Source: a virus (Duplodnaviria; Heunggongvirae; Uroviricota; Caudoviricetes). Taken from it: a stretch of DNA of 7,007 nucleotides. Positions 1-6,298 of this stretch are shown piece after piece. The position numbers and the translations under genes were made by a program. The stretch lies in the IMG/VR virus record IMGVR_UViG_2690316343_000005; one strand, 5' to 3'. A model generated the notes under the pieces. That model made no database searches, was not told the origin of the DNA, and was given only the letters and a program-made list of their open reading frames with translations. How positions within the stretch are numbered: position 1 is the stretch's first letter; each line of letters opens with the position of its first letter.

Positions 1-437
1 GCCCATACCGGCGGCTTACCATCCGGATACTGGATCTTGTTTGTAAAAACCTCGCTTTCAATAAATTTTTTTCCGTGACAGCAGGGGCACTGTTTTTTGC
101 TCGCCGCGCTACGGGCATAATCTTCAAACGCATACGAAGCCATAATACGCATCACTGCCGGTTTTATTTCTGCCGGGAGTTTTCTTAACGCCGCCACGCG
201 ATCACACCGACTGAGTGCATATTCTGTCAGCAATTCTGTTGCCCGCTCTCTGTCATTCATACTAATGCCCATTTTCCCAAGGAACGCAGAAACCCCCATC
301 TCAGCCCGATTCTGTGTCATGCCCTGCGCGGCCATCACATCAGTGATACTCAGCGCATCTTTCGACGTTGAGGCCGATGCATCAGTCAGGCCGGGGGATT
401 TTGGGGAGTAGTATTTCGGTAAATCTTCCAGTTTCAT
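1..437 (-). CDS. Q: Antitermination protein Q (lambda Q family), N-terminal 145 codons; C-terminus runs off the left window edge
   Basis: Manual minus-strand translation from ATG at 437..435 gives MKLEDLPKYYSPKSPGLTDASASTSKDALSITDVMAAQGMTQ...KQCPCCHGKKFIE with no stop to position 1. It closely parallels lambda Q as recalled (MRLESVAKFHSPKSP...GTDVMAAMGMAQ...CRDCHGTG zinc motif). The ATG overlaps the rusA TGA (ATGA). Confidence 0.85.
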   Translation of the reverse strand, partial: MKLEDLPKYYSPKSPGLTDASASTSKDALSITDVMAAQGMTQNRAEMGVSAFLGKMGISMNDRERATELLTEYALSRCDRVAALRKLPAEIKPAVMRIMASYAFEDYARSAASKKQCPCCHGKKFIESEVFTNKIQYPDGKPPVW

Positions 438-814
438 TTTTTGACCTGCCCTTCAAGCATTATGGGATAAATCTTCACCCCCAGACGTCCACCAGATACT
501 GGCTGACCACGAACGATATTGATTTCATCAAACTGCTCATCGTCCATTAGCAACCCCGCATGCGTCAGCGCATCCAGCGGCGCTTTCAGAATATTGTCCA
601 GGTCACGGCGGCGCTTATCCGGTGGTTCTGCAATAATTTTTATTGCCAACCTTCCGGACAGGCTTAATTTCAGCCGCTGCTGGCGAACAATAAGCGCCAC
701 TGCCCGGCGATAACGCTCCCCGGCTTTTGATACAAAATATGTGCTGCCACGACGACGCCAGTAAGTGTTCACCGTCGGCGGGTAAGGTAAAACAAATTCT
801 ATGCGCTCGGTCAT
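434..814 (-). CDS. rusA: Crossover junction endodeoxyribonuclease RusA (Holliday junction resolvase)
   Basis: 126-aa ORF with RusA hallmarks (LPYPPTVNTYW, DKRRRDLDNILKAPLDALTHAGLLMDDEQ) similar to E. coli RusA as recalled. ATG at 814..812 directly abuts the upstream gene's TAA. Confidence 0.9.
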   Translation of the reverse strand: MTERIEFVLPYPPTVNTYWRRRGSTYFVSKAGERYRRAVALIVRQQRLKLSLSGRLAIKIIAEPPDKRRRDLDNILKAPLDALTHAGLLMDDEQFDEINIVRGQPVSGGRLGVKIYPIMLEGQVKK

Positions 815-1873
815 TTATGCTTTCCACTTCAGAACACCCGAATTTCTCGCGTGCATTAAAAAACGAATCAGCAACAACAGCTGACTGCCGTGTTTCTCTT
901 CAAAATCTTTTACTCCGGCATGTAGTTCGTTACGGCATTTACGGCATAACGGAATAACAAACAAATCATCAGCCTTTGTTCCCATCCCTCCCAGTCCATG
1001 ACCAATGATGTGATGCGGATCATCTGCCTGATTGCCACACGTCATGCATTTCTGCGTTTTTACCCAGCGCGTGTATACAGGCATCTCTTCCCGTTGTGAT
1101 TTCTGGCGCTGGAGATACTGAGCCGGTGACTCCGGATCAACGGCAATGCTGACCACCGTCTTTTCCTGTGGTGGGTTCTGTTGCTGGTGGACGTGAGGCA
1201 GTAACGCAATATTTTTTGTGCGCTGCTTCAGTATGCTGGTGGCTGTCTGCTCTCCCGGTATGATGTCGCTTTCACTGTACACAGAGCGAATTTTTTCCGC
1301 ACGCAACCCCAGCGAACGACGTAATACCGCTTCCGGTAGCGCGTCCGCCACCTGATTGCGGACCGCCCACCAGGATAATTCAGCCAGAGATAATTCACGC
1401 TCCTGCGTACCGCTTATTGCGTGACCGATGACGTCAATCATCCATGCTGACAGGTTTTGATGAGCAAGTTGCTCGAGTGATTCGGATGTCTGGTCACGCA
1501 GCTGGTTGTCGCAGTGCCAGCACAACACCATTGCGCCGGTACCATAACGGTGAATGACGGTTTCGCTGTGATGATAATCGCCGTGTGGCCACTGGCAGGA
1601 TTTAATATGGCGCAACAGCCAGTCAGACAATGCACCAGCACCACCAGCAGCACGAATCACCCGTGCGTTACTGAAAAACGGCAGCAATGTTTTGTCTTCC
1701 ACCAGCGGCTGGCGAGCGGCAGGAACGACCCCGGACGGCAGATTACGCATGCTTTTTGGTTCCGGCTCCACCAGTATTCTGCCGTTATGGAATGCTGACA
1801 TTGATTCACGGCCTGGCTTAACGATAACCAGACCGAGTTCCGGTACCAGAACAGGTCGAAGTAATACCCGCAC
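815..1873 (-). CDS. DUF968-like (YdfU-like) prophage protein with C-terminal HNH-type Cys/His motif
   Basis: 352-aa ORF. C-terminus CMTCGNQADDPHHIIGHGLGG...LCRKCRNELH resembles an HNH/zinc-finger nuclease motif. A DUF968 gene sits between hok and Q in E. coli Qin prophage, as recalled. Start is GTG at 1873 preceded by GGAGGT; an alternative ATG lies at 1801. Confidence 0.65.
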   Translation of the reverse strand: MRVLLRPVLVPELGLVIVKPGRESMSAFHNGRILVEPEPKSMRNLPSGVVPAARQPLVEDKTLLPFFSNARVIRAAGGAGALSDWLLRHIKSCQWPHGDYHHSETVIHRYGTGAMVLCWHCDNQLRDQTSESLEQLAHQNLSAWMIDVIGHAISGTQERELSLAELSWWAVRNQVADALPEAVLRRSLGLRAEKIRSVYSESDIIPGEQTATSILKQRTKNIALLPHVHQQQNPPQEKTVVSIAVDPESPAQYLQRQKSQREEMPVYTRWVKTQKCMTCGNQADDPHHIIGHGLGGMGTKADDLFVIPLCRKCRNELHAGVKDFEEKHGSQLLLLIRFLMHARNSGVLKWKA

Positions 1874-1948
1874 ATTACCTCCAGATCCGTTGCTGGAATG
1901 TGCGGGACGGACGCGTTGGCCGTTCGGAGTAAGGGAGCCTGACGGAGA

Positions 1949-2230
1949 TTATCCAGTGACGGTAGTCGAGGCTAAGGGCTTTTTTAACCTCGCATCCGCG
2001 CCTGCGGTAACACTGAATGAGCCATTCGGCCTGTTCTTCAGTGCATGGGGGATGCTGGTACCAATCAGATTTAAATGCGTGAGAGCGCCGCCCGTGCCTG
2101 CTGGCAAAGACGGCTGAATTATCAGAATTGTGTAGTCTGGAAGGCAGTGGCTGACAATAGCGCCATTCTCAACGCGCACAGTATAGAGGCCATCTTCACT
2201 AAAAATTTCACGTAATTCTTCGATTTTCAT
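1949..2230 (-). CDS. Small hypothetical protein, copy 1 (MKIEELREIFSEDGLYTVRVENGAIVSHC...); shares first 29 codons with 2757..3044
   Basis: ATG at 2230..2228 preceded by GGAAGG 9 nt upstream. N-terminal 29 codons lie inside the 252-bp direct repeat; the C-terminal ~64 aa are unique. Confidence 0.4.
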   Translation of the reverse strand: MKIEELREIFSEDGLYTVRVENGAIVSHCLPDYTILIIQPSLPAGTGGALTHLNLIGTSIPHALKNRPNGSFSVTAGADARLKKPLASTTVTG

Positions 2231-2400
2231 CAACAGAATCCTTCCAGATAAATAGCACTCCCCTGTTCGGGGTCCATCCCTCTTCTCCCTGCGCGCTACT
2301 TAAGTATTTTTGATTCTATTCCGGCACCATCTAAAACTTCAAACGCGTTGAAAATAAAAACAAAAACCCGCCGAAACGCTGAGAGATCACAGCGATGGGC
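2149..2400. repeat. 252-bp direct repeat, copy 1 (hok-type terminator hairpin + promoter-like region + 5' end of small ORF); truncated by gap
   Basis: Aligns without indels to 2962..3213. Flanks are near-identical (gctgacaat...cttaagt and cccgccgaaacgctgagagatcacagcgatgggc); the central ~60 bp diverges. Confidence 0.8.
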
Positions 2401-2411
2401 NNNNNNNNNNN
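2401..2411. other. Assembly gap (11 N)
   Basis: Run of N in the sequence; it cuts a terminator hairpin on one side and an ORF on the other. Confidence 0.95.
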
Positions 2412-2718
2412 ATTGCTCTGCGGCTTCGCTCAGAGCTGGCGTATGTTCCCGGCCTACTGATTCACACAGGTAATCAACGAAACCGGACACCAGTTTTCGT
2501 TCGCGAGGCGTGATCGCCCCACCGACCGGAGTCCAGTAATCGAAACCCAGTTGCAGGAGTTTGAAAAAACGCTTGTGGAATGCGTAGTTACACACACGCT
2601 TAAAGTCTGCGTGTATCCACTCACCTATTTTGATTTGATGCAGAAAATCGCAACTCTCCGGCGTCGCCGGGAGAAGTAATCCGGAAGAGGTTTGTTTGAC
2701 CAGTTGTATATGTGCCAT
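2412..2718 (-). CDS. Hypothetical protein, partial (C-terminus lost in gap): MAHIQLVKQTSSGLLLPATPESCDFLHQIKIGEWIHADFKRVCNYAFHKRFFKLL...
   Basis: ATG at 2718..2716 with GGAG 7 nt upstream. Open frame continues to the N-run at 2411. The ORF-track TTG extension to 2760 has no RBS. No family recognised. Confidence 0.5.
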
Positions 2719-2756
2719 CGGCTTTCTCCGGTGGCACGGTGTTACACAGCAGGAGT

Positions 2757-3044
2757 TCAATCCTGCTCAAGATTGTAGATGAGTTTATTCTTCAGCAAAA
2801 GCAGAAAACCAGCCTTAAAACCAATCTCTTTCAAAACCCGTAATGATGTGACAAATTCGTCCTCACGCAAAATAAAACCGTCCGTCAGAAGTCCATTACA
2901 AAAATAAAATAACACAGCACCGCTCTTCCTTTGTTGAGATTGCAAACATCTAATGCGGCAATGGCTGACAATCGCTCCATTCTCAACGCGCACAGCATAG
3001 AGGCCATTTTCACTAAAAATTTCACGCAATTCTTCGATTTTCAT
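2757..3044 (-). CDS. Small hypothetical protein, copy 2 (MKIEELREIFSENGLYAVRVENGAIVSHC...), divergent C-terminus
   Basis: 95-aa ORF beginning inside the second 252-bp repeat copy, with the same RBS context as copy 1. Sits just downstream of the hok terminator and a promoter-like TTGATT-N16-TAGAAT. Confidence 0.4.
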   Translation of the reverse strand: MKIEELREIFSENGLYAVRVENGAIVSHCRIRCLQSQQRKSGAVLFYFCNGLLTDGFILREDEFVTSLRVLKEIGFKAGFLLLLKNKLIYNLEQD

Positions 3045-3213
3045 CTTCAGAATCCTTCCAGATAAATAGCTCTCCCCTGTTCGGGGTCCATCCCTCTTCT
3101 CCCTGCGCGCTACTTAAGTGAGTCGATTCTATCTGCGAAGGTGCGCGAATCAAATTCACCGGAAATAAACAACAAAAAACCCGCCGAAACGCTGAGAGAT
3201 CACAGCGATGGGC
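2962..3213. repeat. 252-bp direct repeat, copy 2
   Basis: See copy 1; identical length with scattered substitutions. Confidence 0.8.
3126..3153 (-). promoter_or_regulatory. Putative sigma70 promoter for the small ORF (minus strand TTGATT-N16-TAGAAT)
   Basis: Minus-strand -35 TTGATT (plus 3148..3153) and -10 TAGAAT (plus 3126..3131), 16-nt spacer, immediately downstream of the hok terminator. Read by eye only. Confidence 0.3.
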
Positions 3214-3216
3214 GGG
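3165..3216 (-). terminator. Rho-independent terminator of the hok transcript
   Basis: Minus-strand CCCGCC-(25 nt with inner CGCTG/CAGCG stem)-GGCGGG followed by TTTTTTGTTGTT. The same hairpin recurs, truncated, at 2367..2400. Confidence 0.6.
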
Positions 3217-3220
3217 TTAA

Positions 3221-3285
3221 GTGCGGGTGCGTTGAGGATGCCTGACACATCAGAGGTGGGCGGGGATGGGATCAGCTCCCCGCCC
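3221..3285 (-). promoter_or_regulatory. hok mRNA 3' UTR structure: 8-bp GC stem-loop (3258..3285) plus fbi-like element (3221..3237) complementary to the 5' leader
   Basis: GGGCGGGG-12 nt-CCCCGCCC lies 9 nt after the hok stop. Plus-strand 3221..3237 gtgcgggtgcgttgagg is the reverse complement, with one bulge, of 3792..3807 cctcaagcacccgcag. Confidence 0.5.
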
Positions 3286-3293
3286 GGTCACTC

Positions 3294-3633
3294 TTACTTC
3301 CTGGATTCGTAGTCTACGAAGACAGCGACCTCCGTCTGGCCGGTTCGGATTCGTACCTCACAGAGGTCTTTCCTCGTTACCAGTGCCGTCACTATGACGG
3401 TNNNNNNNNNNNNNNNNNNNNNNNNNNNNNNNNNNNNNNNNNNNNNNNNNNNNNNNNNNNNNNNNNNNNNNNNNNNNNNNNNNNNNNNNNNNNNNNNNNN
3501 NNNNNNNNNNNNNCTCCGTCTGGCCGGTTCGAATTCGTACCTCGCAGAGGTCTTTCCTCGTTACCAGTGCCGTCACTATGACGGTTAAACAGATGACGAT
3601 CAGGGCGATTAACATCGCCTTTTGCTGCTTCAT
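3294..3633 (-). CDS. hok: Hok-family type I toxin (51 aa), split in this assembly by the N-gap and a 72-bp duplicated overlap
   Basis: ATG at 3633..3631 with AGGAG 9 nt upstream. Reads MKQQKAMLIALIVICLTVIVTALVTRKDLCEVRIRTGQTE (3514..3633), then gap, then ...EVAVFVDYESRK with stop at 3296..3294. Removing 112 N and the 72-bp duplicate gives exactly 156 nt. Near-identical to E. coli HokD/RelF as recalled. Confidence 0.85.
3402..3513. other. Assembly gap (112 N) flanked by a 72-bp near-identical overlap (3330..3401 vs 3514..3585)
   Basis: The flanks differ at two positions (G/A, A/G), both synonymous in hok. Confidence 0.95.
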
Positions 3634-3839
3634 AGCCTGCTTCTCCTTGCCTTTCGGCATGTAAGAGGCTAACCTACATGTGCAAAGCATGAAATTGGCC
3701 TCAGATTAATGTTAAGCGTCTTGCCGGACGCGTAATGTTAACTGGGGCTTTTCTCTATCTGCCTTTTGGTGTTCATGCCTGAAGCAGATAGCCTCAAGCA
3801 CCCGCAGTCATTCTACTTACCTCGCCAATATGAAATCAA
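3634..3839 (-). promoter_or_regulatory. hok promoter and long 5' leader (tac-like element; expected mok/sok region)
   Basis: Minus-strand -35 TTGATT (plus 3834..3839), 18-nt spacer, -10 TAGAAT (plus 3810..3815). The leader begins with GCGGGTGCTTGAGG, complementary to the 3' UTR element. The ~170-nt leader fits hok/sok-type loci. A sok promoter could not be pinpointed. Confidence 0.4.
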
Positions 3840-3860
3840 TCAGAAAGGTGCCCCATAAAA

Positions 3861-4547
3861 TCACTCCTTCTCTTCTTTACCGTAGTGGAGTTGACCAATT
3901 TTGATAAGAGGGCGTCCCTGAGATTTGCGGTGTAGATTGGTATCGCGCAGAGAATACACACAGCCACAATATTCCTGCTGATAGAATTTTTCGCGCTTGC
4001 TGATTTCAATCATACGGGACGAGCCGCCCTGCTTGCGCCAGTTATAATCCCAGTACACCATGCCCGGATAATGCGCGACGGCTCGCCGCCCACAGTCGTT
4101 AACCTGCTGCATATTTTTCCAGCGTGAAATGCCCAGTGAACTGCTGATCACACTGAAACCATTTTCAGCGGCGTACAGCGCTGTCCGCTCAAAACGCATG
4201 TCAAAACACATGGTGCAACGGATCCCTCGTTCGGGCTCCCATTCCATTCCTTTGGCTCGTTCAAACCAGTTGTCTGTGTCGTAATCAGCATCAATAAACG
4301 GCACGCCGTGTTGTTCAGCAAAGCGAATATTCTCATCCTTACGAATTAAATACTCTTTCTGAGGATGAATGTTCGGGTTGTAGAAAAAGATGGTGTAGTC
4401 GATTCCCGAGGCCTGAAGCGCCTCCATCACCTCACCGGAACATGGAGCACAGCAAGAGTGCAGTAGTAGTTTGTTTGCCCCGTTTGGGAGCTCCAATTTG
4501 GGCCGTTTGAAATCAGCAACTGTCATAAATATGTTTATTGGGGTCAT
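3861..4547 (-). CDS. queH: QueH-like epoxyqueuosine reductase homolog (DUF208 family, Fe-S enzyme)
   Basis: 228-aa ORF with [15 protein letters not shown] near the N-terminus plus conserved [19 protein letters not shown] and QEYCGCVYS motifs typical of DUF208/QueH. An alternative ATG lies at 4526; neither start has a clear RBS. Confidence 0.8.
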   Translation of the reverse strand: MTPINIFMTVADFKRPKLELPNGANKLLLHSCCAPCSGEVMEALQASGIDYTIFFYNPNIHPQKEYLIRKDENIRFAEQHGVPFIDADYDTDNWFERAKGMEWEPERGIRCTMCFDMRFERTALYAAENGFSVISSSLGISRWKNMQQVNDCGRRAVAHYPGMVYWDYNWRKQGGSSRMIEISKREKFYQQEYCGCVYSLRDTNLHRKSQGRPLIKIGQLHYGKEEKE

Positions 4548-4694
4548 AAAAATATCAAAGAGTGTAGCATTAGAACGGGGCTATCGGAAACAGATGTGTG
4601 ACTGCTCCCCGCCCTTTCGGGTGGTCTCCTGATGATTTGAGGGTGCAGAAATCCCTCCGGTTAAGGATTAAATTTTTAACAGTGCTAAATTTAA

Positions 4695-5108
4695 TTATTC
4701 AGTTCTGGATTTTGTCGCCCTGCGTATCCGCGCTTTCGCGTTACGCTCAATCTGTATCAGCTTTTCTATATTTCTCCGCCTTTCCTGTTCCTCCTGGCGC
4801 AATAGCCTTACATCATCTGCCAGTCTGGTTTCTCTTTTTGCCACAGAGAGCATCCAGTCAAACGGCTCCACAACCGCACCGCAGATTTTACAGCGGACCT
4901 GACGCTCTTTTTCGTCAACCCGGACAGAGGCGTGATGGCAATATGGTCTTTCCGATGGCTCATAAAGAAAATTAACCTGATTACGAGGGTCATCCTCTTT
5001 TACCGGAAATAAAACGATATTGCTTAACTCATCTTCTGGTTTTATTTCCATGCTCCTCTCCTTTGATGCGAATGCCAGCGGTAATTGAAGCCTGATAGCT
5101 AATTTCAT
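4695..5108 (-). CDS. Hypothetical zinc-ribbon protein with basic coiled-coil C-terminus
   Basis: C-H-H...C-x2-C cluster (YCHHASVRVDEKERQVRCKICG) followed by a charged helical tail (RLLRQEEQERRRNIEKLIQIERNAKARIRR). ATG at 5108 abuts the upstream TGA (AGGAGG 11 nt upstream); an alternative ATG at 5051 has AGGAG 6 nt upstream. Confidence 0.6.
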   Translation of the reverse strand: MKLAIRLQLPLAFASKERSMEIKPEDELSNIVLFPVKEDDPRNQVNFLYEPSERPYCHHASVRVDEKERQVRCKICGAVVEPFDWMLSVAKRETRLADDVRLLRQEEQERRRNIEKLIQIERNAKARIRRATKSRTE

Positions 5109-5531
5109 TCACAGTATCGCCTCCTGAAAATTACCCTGATAGAAAGCCAGTACACGCTGCATAGCTTCGCTCTTCCGGCACTCGCGACAGATTATATTCA
5201 GGCGCCTGTCGTAGCGGCGTATTTCTCCGTCAGGTAATGACCAGATAAGGTCCGGATCAACAACAACCGGTTTCCTCACCTTTACTCTCGAGAGTTTTTT
5301 GCGGGCGCTTTGCCAGTCCTTGCGAGCCTGTTCAGACGGGAATAAGCCGTAGCCAGAATTATATACATCACCACTTGCGACCAGTTCTATGCATAAGCGA
5401 CCGACAGACGCACGACTGATACCTGTTTCATCTGACAACTGCCGAATCGTGACCCGACCGTCCTGATGCACGAGTTCCACAATTCGCGTCTTCAGTTCTT
5501 CCCGCTGTTCGGGAGTAAAAGGTTTCGCCAT
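5109..5531 (-). CDS. Winged-helix DNA-binding protein, possibly YdaW/DUF977-like, with C-terminal CxxC
   Basis: 140-aa ORF. N-terminal HTH-like segment (TIRQLSDETGISRASVGRLCIELVASG) and CRECRK near the C-terminus. AGGAGG lies 4 nt before the ATG. Its position after the DnaC-like gene mirrors ydaU-ydaV-ydaW in Rac prophage, as recalled. Confidence 0.65.
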   Translation of the reverse strand: MAKPFTPEQREELKTRIVELVHQDGRVTIRQLSDETGISRASVGRLCIELVASGDVYNSGYGLFPSEQARKDWQSARKKLSRVKVRKPVVVDPDLIWSLPDGEIRRYDRRLNIICRECRKSEAMQRVLAFYQGNFQEAIL

Positions 5532-5545
5532 AAATCCTCCTGAAA

Positions 5546-6292
5546 CTACTTAACAACCCTCGAATGGCTAACATTCGGACGCCAGCTCTCCCAGTTAAAA
5601 TTCACCCAGCGCCCGCCGTTCATGACCATGCGATCCATCACCCGCTCGCCGAGCAATGTTTTCATCACCTCATAGTTCAGGTTTGTCAGCATCCCCACGC
5701 TGCGCATCGACGCTGTCCGGCGATCAACAATCTGGTGCAGCACCACCTGCTCGTTTTTCGTCTCGCGCTGAATGCCAATTTCATCAAGAACCAGCAGATC
5801 CACTTCGCACAGCTCCCGCAAAAATTTTTCGCCTGACTGCCCGTCGTCATAGCTGGCGTGCAGGGCGCTCATAACATCAGCCACGGTAACCACAATCACT
5901 GTCTGACCGTCTTTCAGCAGGCGATTCCCGATAGCTGCCGCTAAGTGATTCTTCCCGGTACCAGGTTTTCCGCTGAACGCAAAATTTGTACACCCGGTCA
6001 TCAGTTCATCGGCGATGGATTTCGCCTGGCTTAACGCGTATCGCTGGCCGTCGTTCTGCACCTGGTAATTCGCAAACGAGCATTTACGGTGCAACGGCTG
6101 GATGCCTGAGCGATTCAGAATTTTTTCCACCCGCAACTGGCGATTCAGGCGGTTGATCTCCTCGCTACGTTTCTGGCCTTCAGCAAGTTGCCACTCGCGC
6201 CACTCCGCTACCGTTCTGAATGGGGCGGTTACATGTGGCGGGGTCAGTCGGCGGATGCGTTCCAGAACGCCGCCTGTCGCAATATTTTTCAT
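5546..6292 (-). CDS. DnaC-like replicative helicase loader (IstB-like AAA+ ATPase)
   Basis: 248 aa with Walker A FSGKPGTGKNHLAAAIGN and Walker B DLLVLDEIG. Collinear high similarity to E. coli DnaC as recalled (NRSGIQPLH, LGERVMDRM). Confidence 0.9.
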   Translation of the reverse strand: MKNIATGGVLERIRRLTPPHVTAPFRTVAEWREWQLAEGQKRSEEINRLNRQLRVEKILNRSGIQPLHRKCSFANYQVQNDGQRYALSQAKSIADELMTGCTNFAFSGKPGTGKNHLAAAIGNRLLKDGQTVIVVTVADVMSALHASYDDGQSGEKFLRELCEVDLLVLDEIGIQRETKNEQVVLHQIVDRRTASMRSVGMLTNLNYEVMKTLLGERVMDRMVMNGGRWVNFNWESWRPNVSHSRVVK

Positions 6293-6298
6293 GGTCCG

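Noticed and set aside
368-957. Plus-strand ORFs 368..550, 519..713, 727..957 and minus ORF 615..827
   Set aside because: They lie antisense to, or in alternative frames of, the confidently assigned Q, rusA and DUF968 genes. No RBS or recognisable motifs; treated as shadow ORFs.
1438-2117. ORFs 1438..1653(-), 1514..1798(+), 1657..1875(-), 1692..2117(+)
   Set aside because: They overlap the DUF968 gene or the small ORF in other frames or on the opposite strand, and have low-complexity composition. Treated as spurious.
2296-2400. Apparent C-terminal part of the 154-aa ORF after the gap (AHRCDLSAFRRVFVFIFNAFEVLDGAGIESKILK)
   Set aside because: This stretch is the terminator hairpin and promoter-like sequence of the repeat, read in-frame only because the 11-N gap does not break the frame. 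It is not coding evidence.
2719-2760. TTG-initiated N-terminal extension of the partial ORF (MNSCCVTPCHRRKP...)
   Set aside because: The internal ATG at 2718 has a well-spaced GGAG, while the TTG has none and overlaps the preceding stop. The extension is likely an ORF-finder artifact.
1949-3044. Naming the small ORFs as Rem (the Qin gene found between hokD and ydfU)
   Set aside because: The position is analogous, but I cannot recall the Rem sequence well enough to confirm any similarity, so no gene symbol was assigned.
2131-3220. Possibility that the direct repeats are IS-element ends or a CRISPR-like array
   Set aside because: There are only two copies, each 252 bp, with no terminal inverted repeats, no transposase ORF, and no short regular repeat-spacer periodicity.
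3394-3690. Plus ORF 3394..3588 and the in-frame upstream extension of hok (MLCTCRLASYMPKGKEKQA) as a possible mok
   Set aside because: The plus ORF is mostly N. The extension lacks an RBS and is in the same frame as hok, whereas a mok-type gene would be expected to overlap in a different frame. The gap prevents testing for a real mok.
4148-4336. Minus ORF 4148..4336 inside queH
   Set aside because: Alternative frame wholly within the QueH-like gene, with no independent support.
4598-4993. Plus ORF 4598..4975 and minus ORF 4808..4993
   Set aside because: Both overlap the zinc-ribbon gene on the opposite strand or in another frame. The plus ORF starts in the intergenic hairpin region with no RBS.
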